Below, piece by piece: positions 46,371-59,001 of a DNA stretch of 64,000 nucleotides; position 1 is the first letter of the stretch, and every line of letters begins with the position of its first letter. The DNA comes from Balamuthia mandrillaris (Eukaryota), in assembly GCA_031835245.2 (NCBI GenBank), contig JAVKOQ020000022.1:186001-250000 (forward strand). Direction: 5' to 3'. The position numbers were made by a program, and so were the translations under genes. The notes beneath the pieces are model-generated. The model ran no database searches. It saw nothing but the letters and a program-made list of their open reading frames with translations, and was not told the origin of the DNA.

Positions 46371-47841
46371 ATGGGCAACACAAAGGCCAAGCAGGCCACG
46401 GACGCTACCTCTTGCTTGCGGTTCAAACAACGTCTCGCCGATGCGTTACACGTGCCCTTGGGCGATGTGGTCGAGAGTGTGGGCCAGGAGCTGCGTTTGT
46501 TCGTCGTGGACCTGAAGGACAAGCCAACCCTGGACGCTCTCTCGGCTCGAGCGGGCTTCGCTGTGCCTCCTCACCGTTGTTTGGTCACCTTTGGCTGCGG
46601 GCATTTCTATGGCGTTGAGCTTGTGCTTCGCGTGCCAGTGGATGAGCCGCAACACCAACGGGTCCTTGAAGCCGCTCATGCCAACCTTGATGTGTTGCAC
46701 ATGATGATGGCCGGTGGAACGAGGTTCGGTCCTTACCACACCGTGCAGTTCATAAATAGATGGCCCTGGGCGGATGAGCACAAAGAACAAGGCGTGGAGG
46801 AGGCGCTCATCCTTGCGGAAAGGCACGTGTTGCATGGTTTGCTGCCCTTTGGAGGGAGGGAGAACGAGCAAGAGGACGAGGAGGACAAGACCCCTTTCTA
46901 CGACGACGACCGCTGGCCTCAGCGCTTCCTGCTGCTTCATCCGCTTCGTCCGAGGGAGTACCTAGCTGTCAGCAGCTCCGCCACCTCCGGCGTCAGCGAG
47001 ATCATCTCAGAGGACAACCCGCTCTTCCTCTCCTCGACGTCCAGGCCTCACTACGCCAAGGACGAGCCCTTTGCCTCCCGCATCGAGGAGCTCAGACTGA
47101 AAACTCCGGTCAACAAGAGCATCGACGGTCTCTTGATGGGGTTCGAGATTCGAGAGGAGGGAGAGGCGGTGGATGTGGTAATGCTTTCACTCGCTTTCCT
47201 GCTTTTATCAGCTGCTCCTGCTTCACTCCACCCATGGGTAGCTCATTTTTCTCCTTTGTTTGTAGGTGTTGGGTCCGCATTGGATGCAGTCCCTGCTGCA
47301 AACGTTGGAGCAGGCCTTTGACAAACCAGAAGTACCGCTGGGCACCCTCATCACAGCCGAGTCCGACAGCGACCCTTGTTACGCGACCTTCCAGGCCCAT
47401 CACAAGGATGGCGCCGTGGTGACCGCCGAAACAGCCACCTTCGACCTCCACAGTATCTTCTTCAAAGTCACCAAGGAGGCAAACGGGGAGGACGAGAGCT
47501 TTGTGGAGCTGACCGACCTCACCGAGGAGCAAAAAGAGGGACTGCTGGAACGTCCGGAAGAACTGAAAGCCAAGGATCTGTTTGTTCGGATCCACGCGGA
47601 GTTCTTCATGCCCCCCAAGCAGTTGGCCAAGATGCACGCGGACTGGCAAAAGGCTTTGGAGGGCAAGTCTTGGGACTTTGGAAAGAAGCCCTTGTGTCTC
47701 TCCTGGCCGACTGTGTTTCAGGGCGCGGGAAGAAGCTCCAACGTGTTGCCAGCCTTTCGGCTTATCACCGTTGGCGTTGAGTATATGCAAGCTGATGGAC
47801 TTGGCATTAGTGCCGATGGCAGGAGCTACGTTCGAGCTTGA
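46371..47841 (+). CDS. Hypothetical protein with possible N-myristoylation site and SUFU-like N-terminal domain; 2 exons
   Basis: MGNTKAK; LVTFGCGHFYGVELVLRVP...FGPYHTV; intron about 47178-47265 joins ORFs 46323..47321 and 47266..47841. Confidence 0.65.
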
Positions 47842-47907
47842 ACATCTATCTCTTCTGGTTTTTTCTTTAAAAAACAGTTATTACTATAGTAATAATAATG
47901 GTGTGAG

Positions 47908-49904
47908 TTATTTAGCAGCTCCTGACGATGGGCGATGTTGCAACAAGTATCCAATCCATCTCGAAGTTATCGTCGTCGTTGTTCCTTCCTTCTGCTTCGC
48001 TTCGCTCTCCTCATGTGCTTCTTCTTCTTCTTCTTCCACTTTTGCTTTGGCCAATAACAGTCGCTTCGCGTCATCACTCGTCGTCTTCACAGTGACCAAA
48101 CGTGCTTCCTCCTTTACATATCTTTGTACAAGCAGCCAACTCAACTCGATGGAGAGATCCCAGACTCTATCTGTTGTGCTTCGCAGTGCGTCTAGCCTTT
48201 GTTTGATCCATTTCTTGTGTCTTGCTTCACGGTCGTTGGCAGGTTGTTGTTGGTTCTTGCGGTTCTCTGCTTCTTCCTCTGCCTTTAATTTCTCTCTTTG
48301 TTGCTTCCAGTAGTCTTGATAGCTCTCAAAAGTGCAAATCGAGTCGCCCACTTCAACGGAGATGGGGAGAGTTTGCTGTTTTTGTTGTTGCGTAGTTCTT
48401 GTTCTTTTCTCTTCTTCCTCCTTCAAAATGTATCGTAGCAAATCTATCTCGTTCCTGCCTTCGCCTTCGTTTGGTAGTTCCAAAAACACGAGCGATGGTT
48501 CGCGAGAAGACGAATAGGAAGAGAGACAACGAACGCCTAAACCTACGCTGAGACTTTCTGCGTCCATCAAAGAAGTTCTCATTCGCATCAACAGTTCCAA
48601 CGAGCGAATGCAGCTTCTCAACTCATCACAACTCGAATCGGTTGTGTCGTCCTTCAATTTAAAATACAGCTTTTCTTCAGAAGGTATCACCACGGTCAGC
48701 AATTGTTCTTTCCGTTGACGCATTCCAGCCTCTGTTGTTGCTCCAGAAAACATGTTCTCTTCTTCTTCATCTTCGTCATCATCGTTTTCGTTTTGGTTGG
48801 CTTCAGTCTTTTTGGGTCTATCCTTTTTTAACCTTTCTAGTCTAGCAGCCAAGTTTTGTGCAGCTTGGGCTGCGGCTTCTTCCATCCGTCTCACATCTTT
48901 TCGTTCTTTCTTCCTCATTTTGCTTTCCTGGTTTTGTTTGTCTTCTTCGCTCAGTTTACTTTGTTGTTGTTGTTGCTGCTGCTGTTCTTCCGTTTCAATA
49001 CCGTATTTGGAAGCTCGTCTCTTTTCCTTTAACCTGGCTCGATACTTGGCCCGTTTCTCTCTCTTCTTTTGTAGTTTCGCCTCTGCACTTGTCTCTTCAT
49101 CCCCCTCTTCTTCATCCTCATCATTCTCATCTCCTGTTTCATCTTCATTCTCTTTGTCGTTGCTATACCGACCTTGAAGTCTCAGTCTTCTCCTCCTCTC
49201 CTCCTCCGTCTCTTCCTTTGCATTCTCGTTCGTTTCTCCTTGTTGCTGCTGTGGCTGACCACTTTCCGTCTCTTGTTTGATGGCAGCATATTTCTTGGCC
49301 AAATACTCCAGCGTATTGTACCGCTGCGATACGGCTCTATGCTTTGCCCATCCTCTCAAGTTGCTCGTTCTTCCTCCCGTCGTTGCTGTGGAGTCGCTGC
49401 CTTCGCTGGTTGTTTCTTTGTCTGCTTCCTCTGGTTTGTTGGCTTGGTGGGCATTGTTGTGGCCCTGTGAGCGCGCTAGTATGTCCAGCGAGTCCGCTCT
49501 GAGCCGCGCAAACGACCGCACCTGTTTGTAGTTTCATGGCGGCAAAGAAAATGTACGCAACAACAATAAAAAAAAAAGTGGATGAATGGAATTAGTAACA
49601 CCCGAAAAAAAAAAAGGGAGTAGCACATCACATCGACTCAAACAAACAAAAAAAAAGAGGAGAATCATCATACCCTAGGGGCTTCACTGCTTGTTCCTCC
49701 TTCGTCAGAGCCGTTCGCGCCAGTGGACTCAGACGAGGAAGGGCCGAACCAGGGCGGAGTGGCATCCGTCACATCGTCGCGCACGATCATGTCGTCCTCT
49801 TCTTCCTCATCATCATGTTGCCCCTCGTCCGCTTCTTCTTCCTCCGGCCTCTCGTCGCCCTTTCCCCCCTCTCGAGCGGCGTGCGCCTCCTGCGCCGCTT
49901 CCAT
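47908..49904 (-). CDS. Hypothetical acidic/basic coiled-coil protein; 2 exons
   Basis: Exon MEAAQEAH...SEAPR| (donor GTATG) splices in frame at CAAACAG to the 537-aa ORF VRSFARL... Confidence 0.7.
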
Positions 49905-50121
49905 CCTTTCCTCTCTTGCTTTGCGAGAGCAAAATCTTATTTATTTTTTTTTCTTTGGTGTTACCATCAAAATTTAGAACAAATGAAACTACCCTTATTT
50001 GGTCAACTGTTTTACTGGAGTTTAAACATTACCATATCTGTCAAATGAACACACGTCACTACAAAACCTCATGACGTCCTGATTAAATTTTCATGTCGTC
50101 ATGAATAGATGCTTTATTTTG

Positions 50122-53100
50122 TTAATAAGACCGAGTGAGAAAAGTGGCTCGCTTACTTTTGGAGTCTGTGCCTTCTTCGGCCGGCCCCGCCGTCTTGCCT
50201 GACCTGCACGAGGTACCGCATGCGAACCTGCGATACGTCGTAGACGATGTACTCGTTGTGCGCGAGCGAGTAGTAGTTGCCCCACTGCTTCTCCTGCGGA
50301 GTGGCCGTATCTGGCACACGGTACTGAATGATTTTGCCCGCTGGCAACGTCGTTCCGTTGTCCAGAATGATATCCTCCTTCGGATCCGGTCCTTCTCTTC
50401 CCAATCCTTTTGTTTGTGTGTTTGTTGGTTATTGAACATAAAAAGAAGCAAAAGCTTGACAACAACGGGATATATTACCTTTGGTGCTGTCGGTGCCAGG
50501 AGCACGACTGTCCTCAAAGCCGCCCGTTCTCATCTCGTGGACCCTCCCCAGGGCCACCTCGCACAGCAACAAAAGGGCGGGCGATTTGCCGCCATCGAAA
50601 TTGCGGCAGTAGCCAAAGCTCTTGGCGAACATGTCGGCAAAGTACACGCCCTTGCCGAAAGCGTACCCGCTGACGGGTGCCTCAGGAGGGGCGATGCGCA
50701 GGCCTTGCTGTAGGATGCCAATGAAGTTGGAGAGGGAGGAGCCGTGCCAGAGGAGCTTGCGGTTGGGGTTGTCGCGCCAGGGGGCGAAGCGCTCCGCTTC
50801 TCCTTTGCGTTGCAGGTCGTAGATGCATTGCACCTATTTAAAATTGGTCAACAAAATAAAGGAGAAAAGAGAAGCGGAAGAGAGAGTAGCAACTAACCTC
50901 AAGGCCGCTAGAGGTGGCACCACGAGAGCCATGCTTAATGTAACGGAACAAAGTGGCAAACTCAGCCGAGTCCTTGGAGATAGGCTCCAATTGAACGCCC
51001 AAGGCATGGTAGCAGTAGTCCAACGGGTTCATTTCCTTCATGCGAAGACGAGCACCCAACAGTATTTTGCTGGCTATCTCCAACTCGCCCAATGATTGCA
51101 GCATTTCCAACTGAGACATGAAAAGAGGTTGAGAGAAAAGAAGAGAAGAGAAGAGACCGATGAAGAGAACGATGAAGAGAAGAGCACGAGGAGAAAAGAA
51201 CGATGAAGAGGAAGATTAGACAGAAAGAGGATATGAAATGAAAAGAGAGAAAAAGAAAGCGAACCTTTTTGCCAACTTTCTGTTCGGTGTCAATGCTGTC
51301 CATTTTCTCAGCAGCAAAGTTAGTATGCGGGATGAGCTCGTAGAACTTGTTGCTCAGCTCTGCAATGTTCTGCAAGTACTCCATCAGCTCCGCCACTTCC
51401 AACTTGCCGCTGGAGCGCTCCTCCTCTTTCTTCTTTATGATCTCATAGATTTCTTGCAGGATGTCTTTGGCCTCCTCCAACGTCTTCTTCTTCAGCTGAC
51501 CGAAAGGTAAGAGGTTGGTGTCCACTCCGGATTGCTTCATGGCTTGCGTCAACATTGTGACGTTGGCAATGGACTTGATAGTGGCTTGCAGGGGCAGAGC
51601 GAGTTGGGAGGGAGCGTAGACTTTATTGTTGTGGAATTTGCCTTTGGCTCGTTGTTCCTTAAGAAAAGTGGCTTCGCTAAAGTTTTGGTCGTAGATCGAA
51701 TCGGGATAGTCCGGCAATGCTGTGAAGGGCTTCAAGAAGTGCTTCACATTGCGAAGAGTTCGATCGATGGGAACAAGCCAGTATCTGTTTTAAGAGTTGT
51801 TAGATTCGTTCTTTTTTTCTTTTTGAAACAAGAAAGAAACAAAATGGAGGGAACCAACTTCTTGGGCATCTTCTCAAAGTCATCTCGGTTTTCCCATAAG
51901 TTACCAGTCTTGGCCTTGAAGATCTTTTCAAATTCAGCGCAGGCGTCTGCTGCGGATGGGAATGGAGTTTGTTGCATTTGTCCCGATTCGCCAATGCGTC
52001 CCCATCTGTTTTTTTTGAGAGTTCGTAAGAAGACAGACAGAACGGATGAGGAAGAAAACGTACTTATTCCAGAGAATGAAGATGTCTTTGACCAAGTTGT
52101 GAATGACTTGCATCTTGTAGAATGCGTTTTGGCCGTAGAGCCCTTTGGCCACGTCAACTTTGGTGAGGATAACGTCATAGATGACTTCTTTGCCGGTGAC
52201 TCCCTCGTTCTTGATGTAAACTTTGCTGTTGCGCCAAAGCTCAAACTCGTGATCGACAACTGGTGTTTGGCGTTGAAGAGCCTTTCAAAAAGAGCAAAAA
52301 AGTAATAAGTAAAGTAAACAATAATGATGGTAGTGTTGAAGTGGAGAAAGAACCTGTTCAGAAGCTTTAGACTTGAGCTTCTCACGTTCTTGAAGAGTAA
52401 GTTTTGTGCCATCGTCAGAGACAACATCCATGTCGGTTGTTAAATCCTTCTCCTTCCCTTTGTCCTGCTTTGCGCTGGCAGCTGTACTTTTGCCTTTTCC
52501 TCGTTTGGCTTTTGGTTCTTCTTCTTCTTCTTCCTCATCTTCCTCATCTTCCTCTTTCTCTTTTTCCTTAGCTTTCTCCTGTTCTTGCTTTACCTTTTGT
52601 TTCTCGTTGTCGATTGTGAGAAGCCTGTTAACTAGCGTCTCTGCGTCCTGTTCAAAGTTGACTTTGGCTTTCGCCCATTGAGTCACCGGCAGGAAGGAGT
52701 CTTGGCGAACAGGCTTGGGCCGCTCGTCCCCAAAGCCGGTCTTAACTTTGCACTTATCGACCAGCGCTCGCAACATCTTACCCGAACTTTGCAGAGCAGC
52801 ATAGTATGCGGGTGTGTTGCCTTAAATTTTTGGTTAGTCCGGAGTGAGAAATAGAAAAAAAAAGGGAAGAAAAGCACAGAGAGCAGCAAACATAGTACAA
52901 GGAAGGAGGAAAAGAAAGATAGTTTTACCAAAGTTATCAGCAATATCAGGATTAGCACCAGCCTTAACCAAATCAAGGAGTAGGCCTGTGTTCTCATAAG
53001 AGCCCCATTCCAAAGGCCTGACCACATGGTGAATGACGGTCTTGCCCTCCTTGTCTTGCACATTAAGACCCAGTAAATCGGAAGACGCATCCAATTGAGA

Positions 53101-55593
53101 GCTGGATAATGTCCGAACCACTTTGCCCAGGAACGAGCGAACCGGAGAAGCACCGCTAGCAACAGCAGATCCACTTGCTGAGGATTGCTTCCTTTGAGCG
53201 AGTTGCAGAAGGTAGTCCACCATTTCTTTGTCGTTGCGTTGCACGCAGTACATGAATGCAGTGAAGCCTTTGCCATCCTGACCGGCAAGAGAGGCACCAT
53301 GATTGATCAATTCTTGGATTAGGCGGAAGTCCCTCTTTCGGACGGCGTGAATGAGTAACGTGGTGTGAGCTTGTGCTTCTCTCTCTTCCCTGCGGCGAGC
53401 CGCTTCGTCCTTTTGTTTCTTGTCAGTGGCGCCTTGTTTTTCTTTTCCCTTTCCTTTGGTGGAAGTAGACGAAGAAGCAGATGCGGTGCCTTTCGTTTTA
53501 TCGTGTTTAGACTCGTTTCTAGGGAGATAATCTTTTTCCACGTACGGAGCATTGGGATCCGCGTTGTTAGCCAACAACAACACTGCCAGTCGTAACGAAG
53601 CGGACTGCACATAACTGGAATGTGACGAATATGACGAGGAATCTCCACCTAAACGGAAAGGAGGAGGCGTGGGTTGCGTGCCATGTCCGCGCAAAGCCAT
53701 GATGAGCGGGGTGTTATTGTCCTCATCCAAAGCGCAAGTGATGGATTCTTTCTTTTCCTTCGTCTCAGCCGCTCTCAACAGATGAGTCGCAAGGTCGATG
53801 TTGTGATTGCTACAGGCGTAATGCAAAGGATAACGTCCGTGGGCATCCTTGAGATTAGGATCCACGCCGCGTTGTAACAGTTTGTCCAGTAGACGGCTTG
53901 CCCATTGATCCAATGTGCTACAGTGGATGGCAATGGAGTGGATGAGGTTGCGATGAGTTTCCGGGTTGCACTGTTGAACAATCTTGTTGTCTCGCATCTT
54001 GGCCAGCAGGGTGAGGCATAGCTGAAGTTTGCCGGCTTTGATAGCGTCGTTGAGGGCTTCGAGTTTGTCGAAGCCAGCGTCTAACATCATATAGGCTACT
54101 CCTTGCCATTCTAAAAACGAGGAAATGAGTTAATAAGTATTCAAGGAAGAGAGGGCGGGAAGCAGAGAAAACGAGAGAGCAAGAGAGTGAGAAAATGAGG
54201 GAGCGCTAGGGAGAGAAAGAAGGGGACGGAGAGAGGAAAGAGATAGAGATAGCGAGAAAGATACCAGCAACAACAGCTTTGTAGAACATAGATGTAACAG
54301 TTCTGGAGGTTTCTACTTCGATTTGTTGCCACCACGTGCCTTCGTCTTGGTCACCAACAGCTGAAACGATGGACATGGCATCCCCTTGGCCTTGAGTACC
54401 TTCTTCTTCTTCTTCGTCGTCGTCATCTTCCTCATCTTCAGAGTGATCCTCTTCCTCACTGTCATCAGACTCTTCACTCTCATGTTCTACGGGGTTATCT
54501 GCAACAATAAAAAGCAAGCAAAAATGAACAACTTTGAATTAAGAAGAGAACACGATAATTCCTGAACGCGTACCATAAGCGCTCTTTTGTTTCGCGAGCT
54601 TAGCCATGGTTGCTTCGTGCAGTTCTCTTAATTCCTGGAGAGATTTGGAGGTCACGTCGACGTCCTTTGGTACCAACAACTTCTCCCTGTTTACATAATG
54701 AATGGGATGCTTGACATTGGCCTCTTTTTGGATAAGCATAATGCTGTAATCCGGATGAGAGCTTGCCATTGCCACCGATAACGGTGTGTTGTTATCCCTT
54801 TTTTTTTTTAAAAAAATGTATTAGGCCAAGACAACGAAGAAGCATTGCAATGAATAAAGAAGCAAACAAACAATACAAACCTATCACAACGTTCCAAATT
54901 GGCTCCTCTCTGCAAGAGATAGAGAGAGCAAGTAGTGGCTCCTCTCTGAGAGGCATAATGAAGCGGAGACCGACCGTGCTTGTCCGTGTGATCAATATCT
55001 ACTCCTTCTAGGGAACAAAGGCTGGAAATGGTTTCGATGGGGTCGATGCGTGACGTGTTGTTGTGGTTATCGGTAAACTTGATGAAGGCATAGTGCATGG
55101 GCGTGCGGCCCAGTTTGTCTGCTTTGTTGGGATTGACTCCAGCTTCCAACAAAAGCTCCTCCATGTCGAAGGAGGCATCAGCACCACCTATTCACGAGAA
55201 TACACCAAACGATTTAAACATAACAAGGAAAAGACTTATAAAACGAAAAACGATGCAAGGAACGGGAATAGAGAAGGAGGAAAAGATTACCAGTTGAAGC
55301 GTCGACAGCATAATGGAGGGAATTGCGCTCGTATTTATCAACAGCGTTGACATCGGCTCCTTTTTGGATGAGCAACGTAGCCGTTGCGATGAGCTTCTTG
55401 TTGACAGCATGGTGAAGGGCTGTCATTTGAGCCTTGTCTTTGGCGTTCACCTCCACTCCAAGGTCGATCAGCCGCTCCACCAGTTTAAAGTTGGCAGAGT
55501 CCTTTTTGATTACCGCATCCAATGCCCTCTCTCCATTCTTATCCGCAACATTCAAGTCCACAACCTTAATTAATAGCTCAATCTTGTATCGCA

Positions 55594-55631
<38 letters not shown>

Positions 55632-56540
55632 AAAAAAATGTGTTAGTAAATGCAACCACAAAAAGAAATGGCAAACTAACCATAGCATGAGCTCTAGAGT
55701 GAAGGGCCATAAGGAAGGGTGTAACAGCAGAATCTTCCTCTTCGTCCGTTCGTGCGTTGACATCAGCTCCTAAGTCTATCAACTTTTTGGCTAGTTTCGA
55801 AGTTGAGCTGTTCTTGGCAAGGAAGTGCAACGCAGTATACTTTGCAACGCCGGCAGCATAGTTGGGAGACTTGGAAAGGTCTTCTTCTGGCTTTTCTTCT
55901 TCATCGGCTTCCTCGGGAGCGGATTCTGAGCCCTCTTCCTCTCCTTCACCTCCTTCTTCTTCGGCTCCTTCAGCTTGCTTGAGCGCTTCCTCCTTTTGTT
56001 TTTTCTTTTGTTGTAATAACTTCTCTTGCTTTGCTTTTTGTTTTTCTTCCCATTCCACCTTCTTGCGAAGGCGTTGAACTGGGAAGGACACGTCCAAGCC
56101 AGCCACTTTGATGAACTCCACCAAAAATTGTTTGAACTCCTCCCGGATGTCTTGCTCGATCTTGTTTGTCTGCTGGATGGTAAGAGAGATTGTGGAAGTT
56201 GGTTCATAGCCTAATATCTTCTTGATAATCCTGTAAATTTTGGTAGGGGGGACGGAAGAGACAGAGGGAGAAGAGTTATAAGTCGGTGAATTGTTCCATA
56301 CGGAACGACCGGCTTTGCCTCTCCCACGGCCAAAGGTGTTGTTATTTCCTCCGGCGCTAATTCGTTTTTGAATAATGTTGGAGAAGTCGGGTCGATTCCA
56401 TGAGGCATACATTTGCACGTAACGAAGGAAAGGGGTAAAGCCTTGGTCATCCACTTTGTTGGCCATTTGTTTGAACTGCGGATTTTCTTAACGACAAAGA
56501 TAGAGAATAAGTTAATGGAAAGGGTTAACGAAGAGAGAAG

Positions 56541-56571
<31 letters not shown>

Positions 56572-58957
56572 ACAAACTTGCGATAAGGCGGAATATAGGA
56601 AGGATGTCACAATTCATGATATGGGGCGTGAGTTTATGAAGAATGTTGGCGCCATCCGAAGAAACTATCTCTTCCGGCTTTGCTCCGTTTTCCATCAAAA
56701 AGAAAATGAGCGGCTCGTTGAAACGGGCAACAGCAAAGTTCAAAGGAGAGTCCTTTTGCTCGAACGTGACAGCATTAACGTTGGCACCATTATCCACCAA
56801 CAATTTGGCAATCTTAACAACGGCTTTTGATGTGTCTTGGTCATCGTTGCTGGAGATGATGTGAAGTGGCGTTTCACCGTTGACATCAGCGATAGTGACG
56901 TCGGCTTCTTTCTTGGTGATGAGGTACTTGAGTTGTTGATAAGTGCCCTTTTGTAAGGTGGAACACAGTTGGGCGACGAGAGTGCGGCCTTCTTCATTGG
57001 TTATGTTGACATCCACTCCCTTGGTAATGGAGATAAGTTTGATGCAAGAAGAAGAAGAAAAAAAAGGCGAGAGAGAAACCTCTTGATTTAGCAACAGATC
57101 AGCAATGTCGAGATGTCCTTTCATGACAGATATGGCTAACGGCGTCGTTTTCCTGTACAAAAAAAAAAAAATATAAGGTAAACATATGCACGAAAAGGAC
57201 ATGAGACAAAGAAAGGAATGAAAACAAACCATGCGTTAAGAGCATTAGGATTTGCACCCACTGAGACAAGGTACTTCACACATGCTCTCCAACCGAAGGC
57301 GGCAGCATAATGAATGGCAGAGTTGTCAGAAGAGTCACAGGCATTAGGATCAGAACCCATGTGCACCAAATAGCTCAACACTTTCAGGTTGCCGTTCTTT
57401 GCGGCCAGAATAGCCGCTGTGCGACCATACTTGTCAACCTTGGTGATGTCGCATTTATTTTCCACCAAAACTAAGTATGTTAAAGCGTTTTGTTGTATTA
57501 ATAGATGAGCAAAGGGTGGTTAAATAAAGTGTTATGTCACTACCTTTAACGCATTCAAGGTGACCTTTCATAGCAGCCAAAGCAAGAGGAGTGCATCTGG
57601 TTCTATCCGGAATGTTGATGTTGGCTCCGTTGTCAATAAGCGCTTGCACAGCTAAAAGAACAATGAATATTTAAAAGCTTTGAGAAAAATACAATTGATA
57701 AAAGTGATGATGAAAGACCTACTTTCAGGGTGGTTTCCAAGAACGGCATAGTGCAAAGCAGCATTTCCAAACTTGTCCTTGTTGTCAACTAGTGACTTGG
57801 TATCAGACTTTCCAATCAAAAGCGGAATGTTGTGAGCTCGTCCAGCCTAAGGTGGTTTTACGAGTGAGATAAAAGGTTTGAAAGAAACAAAAAAAAAATA
57901 AAAAATGTGAACCTTGGCAGCAAGCATTAAAGGAAGAGTTTTTTTGGCGTCGAAGCAAGCAACATCCACTTGATGTTCTTCTAACAAAAGCTTAAGAGGA
58001 CCATCTCCACAACAAGCAGCAGCATAGTGAACAAGTTGTCTGCGCCTTTCATCCTCTAGCTTTGGTTCCTGCTTCATCTCAAGCAGTTGCTTCAAGTATC
58101 TGAATTGTGAAAGAATGAGAGCATTGCTGAGTAAACGAAAGAGAGAGGGAGAGAGAGGGAGGGAGAGAGAGAGAGAGAGAGAATGCTTACTTGGGATTCG
58201 GGTTGATGCAAGCCATGTGCAATGGAGCAACACCAAAGTTAGATTGGTTCGGCTTCTTAGTTACTGAGATAGCTCTATTTGTCATACGTATGTCTACATT
58301 AACCAAACTGATAACGTAAAAAGACAATAATCGGAAAGCACGAACCGAAAAGTGTCTAACTCCTCCGTTCCGTCATATTTCAACACTTGAGAGTGAAGAA
58401 AGTTAAAGCCATAACCTTCATCCTTGACCAGCCTTTCAACCACGTAAGACGCAACTTCCCTGTGGCCGAGCTCCACCGCTTTAGCCACGTGATCATACAT
58501 GAACCTCGTGATTTCAGGGTTCCAGAGCGTAAGCTCGTCGAGAAACTTGGTGGAAACGGGCGTTTGCATCAGGAAGTCATAGGGCAGCGAAAAGTAGTGA
58601 GTGGAGTAGGCGGTGGCAAGATCAGCAGCGAAGGCATCGTTGCCTTCTCGGTTGCCTCTACCGGAGGTCAAAGCTCTAACTCGATGACCCTAGAAGCCAC
58701 AAAGAAATTGTTAAGAAGAAGGGTAAGATAACAAGCAGACGAGGCAAACAAAAGGTGCACATACATAAGTGTAGTTACTGTAACCTCCAGTATTGCGTTT
58801 TGCCAAAGTTGGAACGGTAGGGGAAGTTCTCTGTACTTTCTCTTGGTAAGGCTTCTCCTGATCTTCTTTAAACAGCTTCAAAGCTATTTCGCAACAAATA
58901 ATATTGAAAGAAAAGAGGGTGAGAAGAAAGAGGAGACTAAGAAGAGTGAAAGAATGA

Positions 58958-59001
<44 letters not shown>

